Notes under the pieces: generated by a model
What the model was told of the DNA's origin: nothing
The model's database searches: none
What the model saw: only the letters and a program-made list of their open reading frames with translations
Position numbers and translations under genes: made by a program
Assembly: GCA_963727625.1 (NCBI GenBank)
Contig: CAVSHR010000004.1
Coordinates: 1,216,001-1,280,000 of the forward strand
Length of the DNA stretch: 64,000 nucleotides
Direction of reading: 5' to 3'
Source: an uncultured delta proteobacterium
GTDB lineage: Bacteria > Desulfobacterota > Binatia > UBA9968
Shown: positions 1-8,127 of the stretch, piece after piece
How positions within the stretch are numbered: position 1 is the stretch's first letter
Layout: every line of letters starts with the position of its first letter

Positions 1-19
1 AGCAGGGCTCCCGGCCCGT

Positions 20-75
20 CACTTGGCGCGCTCGGCCTCCCTTCGGCATTACACAGGACAAGCTTAGCGCGAGAA
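20..75. repeat. REP-like short repeat
   Basis: CCCTTCGGCATTACACAGGACAAGC flanked by near-direct repeats CTTGGCGCG/CTTAGCGCG. Resembles REP-type extragenic elements; only one copy in the window. Confidence 0.3.
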
Positions 76-164
76 ATCCCGCTCTACCTAAGTTGCGCAA
101 ACTCTCAATACCGTTCCTTCAGGTCAGCCGACGAAAAAAAGTAAACTAGCAAAGGAGAATCGCC

Positions 165-1130
165 ATGCAGCGAAACTTTTTCACGGCCCTGGTTTTCTTC
201 CTGGCGGTGAGTTCCGGGCCTCATGATCTGTTCGCGCAGCTAAAGAACGTGCGGTTGTCCGTTCCCTCGATCGGTACCAACTCGATGCTTTTCGGTCTTG
301 CGGCGGAGCATGGCTTCTTCCGTGAGCAAGGGTTGGAGGTGGAGCGAATCAACATGCGGGGTTCGCTGGGCGTCAAAGCTCTGATCGGCGGCGATGTCGG
401 CTATTCGGCTGCGTCCGGCTCGATCATTACGGCGGCGCTCCGCGGCCTCAACGTCAAGCTCGTCTCCGTACTGTCACCGGTTCCGGTATTCCGCATGATC
501 GCGCTGAAAGAGATCAAGTCCATGAAGGATCTCAAAGGAAAGACGGTGGCTCTCTCCTCGCGCGGCGGCACGATCGATCATCTGACCCGCATCATGCTCG
601 AGAAAAACGGACTGGTCCCGGAAAAAGAGGTTACCTTGGTAGTTGTCGGCGGTCAGCAAACCATATGGAATGCGATCCGAGCACATCGGGTCGCCGCCGC
701 ACTCATCAATCTGCCCGGCTACCTGATTCTGGGCAAAGAGGGATTTACGGACCTCGGCGCGGCGCGCGACTATTTCGCGTACCATCCGACTGGCGGATTG
801 GGCGTGTCGGATGAAAAGATCGCCAAAGACCGTGGCGAGGTCGTCGCGTTCCTCAAGGCGACGTTGAAAGCGCGGCGATTGTATTTGAGCGATCGCGCGG
901 CGGGGATCAAAGCTCTCCTCAAGCATGGCGGGCTCACCGATGAATCCCTGGCCGGTGCGACCTATGACGAGTATCGACGGGTTCTCTCGCCCGACGGTTT
1001 GGCAGACGAGAAATGGATGGAGAAGGCCATGGAATTCATCCTCAAGGGTATCGAAACCAAAGGGTCCATTTCACCCGGGAAGGTTTTCGATTTCAGCCTC
1101 AGTCAAGAAGCCCTGGCGCAAATGAAATAG
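165..1130 (+). CDS. ABC transporter substrate-binding protein, NitT/TauT (SsuA/THI5-like) family
   Basis: AAGGAG RBS, N-terminal signal peptide, GFFREQGLEVE and DLKGKTVA motifs typical of the family. Confidence 0.85.
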   Translation: MQRNFFTALVFFLAVSSGPHDLFAQLKNVRLSVPSIGTNSMLFGLAAEHGFFREQGLEVERINMRGSLGVKALIGGDVGYSAASGSIITAALRGLNVKLVSVLSPVPVFRMIALKEIKSMKDLKGKTVALSSRGGTIDHLTRIMLEKNGLVPEKEVTLVVVGGQQTIWNAIRAHRVAAALINLPGYLILGKEGFTDLGAARDYFAYHPTGGLGVSDEKIAKDRGEVVAFLKATLKARRLYLSDRAAGIKALLKHGGLTDESLAGATYDEYRRVLSPDGLADEKWMEKAMEFILKGIETKGSISPGKVFDFSLSQEALAQMK

Positions 1131-1299
1131 TAGAAGGACTCAACATCAGAGCAAAGCGGCCGGAGCTCCTTTGGCGTCTGAACGAGGTTCGGTCGCGAAC
1201 CCCGAGCGCGCGCTCGACCGAAACCGTTGTTGCCGGCTCGGACTGCGCTGGGCCCTTGGAGCGAGTCTGGCAACGACGCCGCGTCCTCCGACTGTGTGC

Positions 1300-1452
1300 T
1301 GGGGACGTTCCCACGTTTTGAGAAATCTCAAGACCTGCAAGCTCCTCTGTTTCTTGCTTGACTTAAACGTTTTGAACGTAGCGAAGCGATTGAACGGCTT
1401 GAACGATTTGAACGAGTTTCCATTTGGAAGTCTTGAACAACTTGAACCGTTG
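1300..1452. repeat. GTTCAA/TTGAAC-rich dispersed repeat, copy 1 (core inverted relative to copies 2 and 3)
   Basis: Reverse complement of 1365-1413 (CGTTCAAATCGTTCAAGCCGTTCAATCGCTTCGCTACGTTCAAAACGTTT) closely matches 4363-4412. Confidence 0.75.
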
Positions 1453-1576
1453 ATTCCGACCGTTGCCGATTGGACGGGTTGGGCGTTCGTTGTTATATTT
1501 TTCAGCGCAAGTACGTCAAATGAAATATCGGGATCGACGGACGGCTGATGCAGATCCGATATTAAACTTCGCCATC

Positions 1577-2014
1577 ATGCGAACAAGCTATTTTCTTGCC
1601 GCGGTGATTTTGCCGTTGACTGTGGTCGCCTGTGCATCGCAGCGCCCCGTACTCTATCCGAACCAACACTGGCAACGGGTCGGGCACGGCGCGGCCGACC
1701 GCGACGTCAATGAATGTATGCACCGTGCCGAGGAGTATGTTGCCTCGGGTGGCGGCACAAGCGCGTTGGAGCAGGCCGCCGTCGCTGGCGGCACGGGAGC
1801 GACCATCGGCGCCGCGGCGGGAGGAGCCGGGGGCGCGGTACTGGGCCGCGCCGGCGCCGGCGCGGCGGTGGGCGCTGCCGGCGGCGGGGCCGCCGGTGTC
1901 ACACGCGGCTTGATTCACGGTCTCACGCGCAAGCAACGCCCGAGGCCGGTTTACAAGAATTTCGTCAATCGATGCTTGCGCGAGAAGGGCTACGAACCGA
2001 TCGGCTGGCAATAA
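1577..2014 (+). CDS. Glycine-zipper lipoprotein
   Basis: Hydrophobic leader ending in lipobox-like VVAC; long GxxxG/Ala run; C-terminal CLREKGY motif. Start moved to ATG 1577. Confidence 0.75.
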   Translation: MRTSYFLAAVILPLTVVACASQRPVLYPNQHWQRVGHGAADRDVNECMHRAEEYVASGGGTSALEQAAVAGGTGATIGAAAGGAGGAVLGRAGAGAAVGAAGGGAAGVTRGLIHGLTRKQRPRPVYKNFVNRCLREKGYEPIGWQ

Positions 2015-2538
2015 CCCCCCTGCATGCCAGAAGAGCAAAGTGAAAGGCCTGATCCTCAGGGTTGCTTTTTAGAATTGGGCAACTTAGGCAAATCAGCCAC
2101 GGCTTCTCTCCTTAATGCTCGCTCTATTCGCGCTGCTACGAAAGTTGACGGGGGAGTTCAGCGGCATTGGGAAGACTCTGTGAGAGCCGCCCAGTTTGTG
2201 ATTACGCCCTGACTTTTTTACCCGAGCGTAGGTTATTTCTCGTTCGGTCATACGATTGCAAATTTCAGTTTTCCCCGTGCTTGCCGGTTTCCCCACACGA
2301 CCGAGCCTTTTAGATCGATTCTCAAGCTCATTTCACATCTTTTCCTTTCATCAGCGGGTCATCTCTTGCGCCGACGGAAATGACCGATTTCCCCGCTTCG
2401 CAAAAAAGGAAAGTTTTGACCCGGCTCCTATCATCACGCAGTAGTGAAATTTGCGCTTCACACCCAGCGGATTTCGCCCGACTGAGAAATTGCCGCCGTT
2501 CACAATGTTAAATCACTTCTGTTTCCGCCATGGCAATC

Positions 2539-2554
2539 TGGCGCAATACTTGCT
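2539..2554 (+). promoter_or_regulatory. Candidate sigma-54 (-24/-12) promoter
   Basis: TGGCGCAATACTTGCT fits TGGCAC-N5-TTGCW with exact GG/GC spacing, 57 nt upstream of the ORF at 2612. Confidence 0.55.
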
Positions 2555-2611
2555 CGCTTCGTACTGGCAGTTACGCGATGCATTGAGTTACAGAAAAAGG
2601 AGAATCGGACC

Positions 2612-2962
2612 ATGAAAAGAAGAGAGATGTTCTCCGTGATAGTGAGCGCACTTATACTGTTCTCTTCGGGCTGCGTCGTTGCGGAAAGACCGGGAGACCT
2701 GCGTTTGGAAACCTACTATTACTATCCCGACGCCGAAGTCTACTACTATCCGCGCGTGACAAAATATTATTGGTATGACCGCGGCGTGTGGAGAAACGGT
2801 CCCAAGCCGCCGCCGCGCTTCGTGCTCAGAGATCGCGACAGGGTGCGAATCGATTCAGACCATGAACCGTACAGGGATTACGACAAATACAGCAAGTCTT
2901 ACCCGCCGGGCCGTCATGATCGAGATGAGCGGAGAGATGACAGAAAAGACGACCAAAGATAG
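2612..2962 (+). CDS. Small Tyr/Pro/Arg/Asp-rich lipoprotein, hypothetical
   Basis: AAGGAG RBS, lipobox SSGC, YYYYPDAEVYY segment, charged low-complexity tail. Confidence 0.75.
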   Translation: MKRREMFSVIVSALILFSSGCVVAERPGDLRLETYYYYPDAEVYYYPRVTKYYWYDRGVWRNGPKPPPRFVLRDRDRVRIDSDHEPYRDYDKYSKSYPPGRHDRDERRDDRKDDQR

Positions 2963-3461
2963 GGCTGGAGATAAACTCGGGCTACCGAAGACTTGACAAT
3001 TACCGTTGGTTGCGTCCGCTGCATGGCTTCCGACAGGCGAATGACCGCGACCGTAAATCGGGCACGCGGGAAGAATTTAGAACAGGGTAAGCCACGCTTT
3101 AGGCGCGGCAGATCGATCGGCTTGTGATACCAACCCGGGAATAACCTGAGCCCTTCGGGCAGCGGCGAGTCGGAGCGCAGGGGCATCCGAGTTGATCCCA
3201 ACGAGACAGGGATTGATAATTCTCAAAACATCCAAGCGAGCGCCGACGGAGGTACCGGATCGCAGCTGATAACTTTCTAAAATTTAACTCTCGATTATTT
3301 TGGCAGTTCGGCAAATCGCCTGATCACAGCGCGGGCGTAATTCTTCGTCCCGATATCGAGGTCGGGATGCGCCATGGCTGTATGAGATTTAACCTTTATC
3401 CTTTAGCTTCATCTTTTCACGCCCGGCCCTTTTTGGAGGGGGTATTTCAGCGCGAGATCTT

Positions 3462-4022
3462 TCAGTCTTTTCTCACAGTCGGGTCGACGGACACTTTGAG
3501 TGCGACGCCGAGCGTCAATGGGCTTTCGCCGATGCTCAAGATTGTCCCTGCTTGTTCCATGTCGTAGGACGAGACCTTCTGCTTCGAAATGCTTTCTTTC
3601 GTAGCGGCATCCAAGGTATCGGCTGCGGGTGTTTTGATCAGGTATTTGGCACTGCTGCCGTCTTTGAGCGTGACCAAGAGCACCATCGCCTTGCCGTCTT
3701 CCATCGCCATCGTCTGAATCGCGGCAATTTGCGTCGTACCGGTGGTTTTGTTCACGGTATAATTATACAGCCAGATGAAGGAGCCGATAATGGCGACCAA
3801 AACCAACCAGCCATACTGGCCGACCCGTTTCTGTCTCTTTACAGCTTGTTTTCTCTGTAAATCAAAGAACCGGCGGTAAGCATCTCCTTCCGCCGCCGCT
3901 CTCTTTACCGGATCTTGCTCCGTTGAACTTTGCGGCTGGTCGAAGGAGAGCCCGATACTGTTCAATACCATGCCGACGATCACCAAAACGATGGGAATTG
4001 CGACTATCAACATAGGATTCAT
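3462..4022 (-). CDS. Hypothetical two-TM membrane protein, paralogue A
   Basis: AAGGAG RBS, two hydrophobic segments, collinear similarity to 4570-5127. Confidence 0.8.
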   Translation of the reverse strand: MNPMLIVAIPIVLVIVGMVLNSIGLSFDQPQSSTEQDPVKRAAAEGDAYRRFFDLQRKQAVKRQKRVGQYGWLVLVAIIGSFIWLYNYTVNKTTGTTQIAAIQTMAMEDGKAMVLLVTLKDGSSAKYLIKTPAADTLDAATKESISKQKVSSYDMEQAGTILSIGESPLTLGVALKVSVDPTVRKD

Positions 4023-4180
4023 AATTCTCTCCTTAGATTAGGCTTTTGATAAGCCTTTGAAATTTATTAAGAGGCAAGGGTCCGGCAGTGAAAATTCAGT
4101 CACCGTGCAACCGGCGCCGAACTCCATACCACCGTTGCCGTTGGTGGGCCGGCTGTCTATATCCTCTTACGCGCCATTAA
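4023..4180 (-). promoter_or_regulatory. Conserved 5' leader A, candidate cis-regulatory RNA
   Basis: Shares motif blocks and complementary segments (AAGAGG/CCTCTT, AGGCT/AGCCT) with 5128-5275. Confidence 0.4.
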
Positions 4181-4360
4181 GATGAACGGAGAATCTCGCA
4201 TCAATCTATATCGGTCCGAAGGCGCACTAGCAAGGGAACGCCGAATTAACAACGCTGCGCTCACAAATGGGCATGCGGCGTGAGGCAACCGTAAGAAACG
4301 GATCGTTTCAGCCGTCCAACCGCTATCTTATGACTGCAGCCCGTTCATCATGGGGATCGG

Positions 4361-4507
4361 ACCGTTCAATACGTTCAAGCCGTTTAACCGCTTCGCTCCG
4401 TTCAAAACGTTTGGGAGTTGAGGCGGTTCAACGGTTCAATCGTTCAAGGACAGACTCGGAGCGGGGACTTTCGTGATTCGGGAATTCTCGCGATGTTGAA
4501 ATGACGG
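4361..4507. repeat. GTTCAA-rich dispersed repeat, copy 2
   Basis: Similar along its length to 5452-5584, including TTCAAGGACRGAYTCGGAG and GGGAATTCTCG...GAAATGA. Confidence 0.8.
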
Positions 4508-4508
4508 C

Positions 4509-4547
4509 AATCAGCCTGAGGCGCCGGATCGGCGCCTCAGGCTGATT
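4509..4547 (-). terminator. Perfect 18-bp hairpin, probable terminator of paralogue B
   Basis: AATCAGCCTGAGGCGCCG-GAT-CGGCGCCTCAGGCTGATT, 22 nt downstream of the stop at 4570; U-tract is weak. Confidence 0.65.
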
Positions 4548-4569
4548 TAGCTCTGTGTAAATCTCGCGT

Positions 4570-5127
4570 CTAACTGGGATCGATTGCTACTTGGGACATC
4601 TTCAGCGCGACTCCCAGCGGCAATGGATTATCGCCGGTGCTTAGAGCCGTGCCTAATCTTTCGATCTCCCACGATGACACCTTGTCACTGGCCGTGGCTT
4701 CTGTTGCGGCGACCTCCAATTTATCGGCTTCAGGCAACTTGATCAGGTATTTGACATTGTTGCCGTCGCTTAGAGTCACCGAGAGAACCATCTGTTTGCC
4801 CCCTTCGGTTGCCAATGTTTGAAGCCCGGCAATTCGATTCGAAAGGTTCGTCTTGCTCACGGTATCCGAATAGAGCCAGATAAAGGCGCCGACGAAGGAG
4901 GCCATCACCAACCAGGCATACTGGCCGACCCGTTTCTGGCGCTTTGTCGACCGGCTTCTCTGGAGATCAAAGAATTTGCGATACGATTCCTTTTCTGCGG
5001 TCAGTTTCTTGACTGGGTCTTGCTCAGTCGAACTCGGCGGTTGATTGAAACCGAGATCGATGCTGTTCAGTATCATACCCAGGATCAGCAACCCCAGTGG
5101 AACAGCGATGATCAATAGAGGATTCAT
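4570..5127 (-). CDS. Hypothetical two-TM membrane protein, paralogue B
   Basis: AAGGAG RBS; shares SSTEQDPVK, FFDLQR, KRQKRVGQY, KYLIK and LGVALK with paralogue A. Confidence 0.8.
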   Translation of the reverse strand: MNPLLIIAVPLGLLILGMILNSIDLGFNQPPSSTEQDPVKKLTAEKESYRKFFDLQRSRSTKRQKRVGQYAWLVMASFVGAFIWLYSDTVSKTNLSNRIAGLQTLATEGGKQMVLSVTLSDGNNVKYLIKLPEADKLEVAATEATASDKVSSWEIERLGTALSTGDNPLPLGVALKMSQVAIDPS

Positions 5128-5275
5128 AAGTCTCCTTTTTCAGGCTCATCATAGCCTTTGGATATTGGAAGAGGGAGGGATCTGAACCGCGAACATGCTG
5201 GCTGCCGAACCGGAGCGAAAGCCCATGCCGCCGTTGGCTATGTCGACGGGACTTCTACCTCTTGCGCGCCATTAC
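5128..5275 (-). promoter_or_regulatory. Conserved 5' leader B, candidate cis-regulatory RNA
   Basis: Same motif blocks and complementarity as 4023-4180. Confidence 0.4.
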
Positions 5276-5343
5276 AGATTTCGAAAATCCATTAGATGTT
5301 TCACGCTATTTTTATTAATCTAACCAGATTCGAGATGAATGTC

Positions 5344-5359
5344 TGTCTAATATTGGACA
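5344..5359. promoter_or_regulatory. Near-palindromic putative transcription-factor site
   Basis: TGTCTAATATTGGACA (one mismatched pair) in AT-rich DNA upstream of paralogue B. Confidence 0.3.
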
Positions 5360-5451
5360 ATCTTGAAAAGATTAAAAAACCTGCTCGGGGGCGTCAGATA
5401 AGGAGAAAGGCGAAGGGATAGGCACGACACGGCAGGCAACAGTCGGAACGG

Positions 5452-5584
5452 AACCGTTCCAATTGTTCAACCGCTTTGCTCCGTTCAAGTCGTTTCAGAC
5501 TAAAGGGGGTTCAAACCTTCAAGGACGGATTCGGAGATGAGAACTTCCAAGTTTTGGGAATTCTCGAAACGTCGAAATGAACGG
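5452..5584. repeat. GTTCAA-rich dispersed repeat, copy 3
   Basis: Collinear similarity to 4361-4507. Confidence 0.8.
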
Positions 5585-5616
5585 GTTACTTTCCTAAACC
5601 GAGGCGGCACGGCGGT

Positions 5617-5877
5617 TCAATCGTTTTCTTTTTCCTCCGGCAGATCCTCGAACGGCTTGAACTGCAACTTGCCTTCTTTGTCCTTCACCAGAACATCGAT
5701 CTTCTTTTCCACTTCGTTGAGCTTTTGATTGCAGATCTTAACCAGCCCGACGCCTTTTTCGAACGCGGCGAGTGAATCTTCCAGGCTGAGCTCGCCGGAT
5801 TCGAGCTGCTCGACGACTTGTTGCAGTTCTTCCAACGCGGTTTCGAATTTTTTGTTTGAGGCGTCTTTACGGGCCAT
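5617..5877 (-). CDS. xseB: Exodeoxyribonuclease VII small subunit
   Basis: FETALEELQQVVEQLESGELSLEDSLAAFEKG signature; start moved to ATG 5877. Confidence 0.95.
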   Translation of the reverse strand: MARKDASNKKFETALEELQQVVEQLESGELSLEDSLAAFEKGVGLVKICNQKLNEVEKKIDVLVKDKEGKLQFKPFEDLPEEKEND

Positions 5878-6802
5878 CTTGCTTCTCCGTTTCATCGGGC
5901 CGTAACTCGGCTTGCTGCGCCGGCTGCCAGCGGCTAGAAATTTTCTTGAGCAATTCGAGCGGGTCGATGCGGGCGTTGGCCAGGCGCGCACCCCAGTGCA
6001 GGTGCGGCCCGGTAACCCGCCCGGACGATCCGGATAGCGCGATGACCTCGCCCTTCTTCACCACCGCGCCTTCTTCGACTTTAAGCTCCGAGAGGTGAAA
6101 GTACATGGTGAATAGGCCGCCGCCGTGATCCAACACCACGCTGCCGCCGGCGAAGAAAAAATTTCCCACCAGGACAACGCGGCCGTTGTTGGCGGCGAGC
6201 ACTTCGGTGCCCAACGGCGCGGACAGATCCGTGCCGCTATGGGGCGCGCGCGCCACGCCGTTGATGATCCGGCGGGAGCCGAAGGAGGAGGCCGACGCCT
6301 CTTGGGGCACAGGCCGGACGAACGGTGCGTCCCAAAGCCGCTCGGGGACCGACGACCCGAAGGCCTCGGCGAAGGCGGAGTGTTCGTGGCGGATCTCTTG
6401 GAGATTTTCCGGCGTCATCTGGTCGAAGCCCGGCGGCACGGTAAAAGATTCCCTGCGAAAGGCTCTCGCTTTAACTTTGAACGGCACGGCGCCGCTCATT
6501 GCTCTGCCGGCGCGGTTGATCGCCTTGAGCAGGAGCTTTGCGGCGCCCGGCTTGGCGGCGACGTCGGCGCCGACGATGGCACCAAAAGTGGAGTCTCCGT
6601 TAGCATAAAAGAAAATCTTTTCCTTGCCGAGCTTGCCCTCAACGCTCGCGAGCCCGTCGCCCGAGACGTTGACTTCCGCGAGTTCGCCCTGAAAAATCTC
6701 GACGCGGTTCGGCCAGACGATCTTGCTCCCGCCGGCGGCGCCGGAGCGGTTCGGTGCCGTGAAAATTACCGCGAGCAACGCAACCCAGACCAGCGCGCGC
6801 AT
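5867..6802 (-). CDS. M23 family metallopeptidase
   Basis: Signal peptide; HSGTD (HxxxD) and HLH motifs; lies between xseA and xseB; start ATG 6802. Confidence 0.9.
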   Translation of the reverse strand: MRALVWVALLAVIFTAPNRSGAAGGSKIVWPNRVEIFQGELAEVNVSGDGLASVEGKLGKEKIFFYANGDSTFGAIVGADVAAKPGAAKLLLKAINRAGRAMSGAVPFKVKARAFRRESFTVPPGFDQMTPENLQEIRHEHSAFAEAFGSSVPERLWDAPFVRPVPQEASASSFGSRRIINGVARAPHSGTDLSAPLGTEVLAANNGRVVLVGNFFFAGGSVVLDHGGGLFTMYFHLSELKVEEGAVVKKGEVIALSGSSGRVTGPHLHWGARLANARIDPLELLKKISSRWQPAQQAELRPDETEKQDGP

Positions 6803-6803
6803 C

Positions 6804-8042
6804 TCACTCTTTCTCCTCGACGCGGCAGCGCGCTTTGCCCGCGGCAAAGGAGATCCGCACGAAATCGCCGGCTGCCAGGGTTGCGGCATCTTTGACAATG
6901 GTCTCCTCCGGCAGCTTGTGCGTGATGCTGTAGCCGCGATTGAGCACCGCAAGCGGGCTGAGCGCGCTCAACCGATCGGCCTGCCGGGCCAGATGATCTC
7001 GACACCGGCGCAGGCGATCTTGGAATCGGCGCATCAGATCGACCGACAGGTCGTCAAGACGTTGCTGATTTTCCCTGAGCTTACGGCCGGGGTCCGCGAG
7101 CCGCTTGGCCAGGCCGCGACAGGCTTCTTTTAGAAAATCGATCTTGAGATCCATGGCGCGCTGCAACTGGTCGCCGATCATGCTCAGCTGCTCAGTTAAA
7201 TCTGTCTTTTGCGGCACGACCATTTCCGCCGCCGCGGTGGGCGTCGGCGCGCGCTGGTCGGCGACGAAGTCGGCAATGGTGAAATCGATTTCGTGCCCCA
7301 CCGCTGAGACCACCGGGATCCGCGATGCGTGAATAGCGCGGGCGACGACTTCTTCGTTGAACGCCCACAAATCTTCCAGCGAGCCGCCGCCGCGCCCGAC
7401 GATGATCACGTCGACGCCGTCCAACCGATTCAAATCGGCGATAGCCTCGGCGATTTCCTTGCCGGCGCCGTCGCCCTGGACTTTCACCGGACGGATCACC
7501 ACCCGCCGATCGGCGAAGCGGTCGCCGAGGATACGCAGCATATCATGCAATGCCGCGCCCCGGTCGGAGGTGACGATGCCGATCGACTCGGGCAAGAACG
7601 GCAAGGGACGCTTGCGTTCCGGCGCGAAAAAACCTTCCGCCGCGAGCTTACTTTTGAGCTGCTCGAAGGCGAGATAAAGCGCACCCTGACCTTGCGGCTC
7701 CATATCGTCGACGTAGAGCTGCAGGTCGCCGCGCGCCGAGTAAACACTGACCCGGCCGAAGCACAAAACCGCCATGCCGTTTGCCGGCACGAAGCGCAAC
7801 CGCGTTCCCTGGCGGCGAAACATCACCGCGGAGATCTGGCTCTTGTCGTCCTTGAGCGTGAAATAATAGTGGCCCGACGGCGGCACGCGAAAGTTGGAAA
7901 TCTCGCCCTCTACCCAAAGCGCGTCGATCTGTGCTTCCAGCGTGCCTTTGATGAGCTCGTTCAGCTCGCTGATAGTGAGAAACTTTCGGCCGACGGCGCC
8001 AAACAGCGGCAAATCTTCGTCTTGTTTGATGGCTCTGACCAT
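6804..8042 (-). CDS. xseA: Exodeoxyribonuclease VII large subunit
   Basis: WVEGEISN, SGHYYFTLKD, RGGGSLEDLWAFN, GHEIDFT and APTPTAAAE motifs; start uncertain. Confidence 0.95.
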   Translation of the reverse strand: MVRAIKQDEDLPLFGAVGRKFLTISELNELIKGTLEAQIDALWVEGEISNFRVPPSGHYYFTLKDDKSQISAVMFRRQGTRLRFVPANGMAVLCFGRVSVYSARGDLQLYVDDMEPQGQGALYLAFEQLKSKLAAEGFFAPERKRPLPFLPESIGIVTSDRGAALHDMLRILGDRFADRRVVIRPVKVQGDGAGKEIAEAIADLNRLDGVDVIIVGRGGGSLEDLWAFNEEVVARAIHASRIPVVSAVGHEIDFTIADFVADQRAPTPTAAAEMVVPQKTDLTEQLSMIGDQLQRAMDLKIDFLKEACRGLAKRLADPGRKLRENQQRLDDLSVDLMRRFQDRLRRCRDHLARQADRLSALSPLAVLNRGYSITHKLPEETIVKDAATLAAGDFVRISFAAGKARCRVEEKE

Positions 8043-8062
8043 TTGCTCTTTAGCCTTAGCAC

Positions 8063-8098
8063 AAAAAAATTGGCCCTCCGAGGGGAGGGCCAATTTTT
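8063..8098. terminator. Bidirectional intrinsic terminator after ctpA
   Basis: AAAAATTGGCCCTCC-GAGG-GGAGGGCCAATTTTT with flanking A and T tracts. Confidence 0.8.
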
Positions 8099-8127
8099 AC
8101 AAAAGGCAATTGCCAACCCGCCAAGCG

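Noticed and set aside
3120-3200. Possible structured ncRNA (SRP or 6S-like) in the intergenic region
   Set aside because: Some hairpin potential, but the SRP core motif and 6S features are not recognisable.
4039-4128. 29-aa leader peptide MEFGAGCTVTEFSLPDPCLLINFKGLSKA upstream of paralogue A
   Set aside because: There is no clear RBS and I could not see an equivalent conserved peptide in leader B.
4095-4135. Fluoride riboswitch (ATGGAGTTCG seen in leader A)
   Set aside because: The downstream GCTRATGAC pseudoknot segment is absent and leader B does not keep the motif.
4361-4450. LexA boxes (GTTC-N7-GTTC or GAAC-N4-GTTC)
   Set aside because: GTTC spacings are 4-5 nt in direct orientation and do not fit either consensus.
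1360-5584. CRISPR array or integron attC sites in the GTTCAA repeats
   Set aside because: The units are 7-9 nt and degenerate, with no constant repeat and spacer lengths. There is no GTTRRRY/RYYYAAC pairing and no cas or intI gene in the window.
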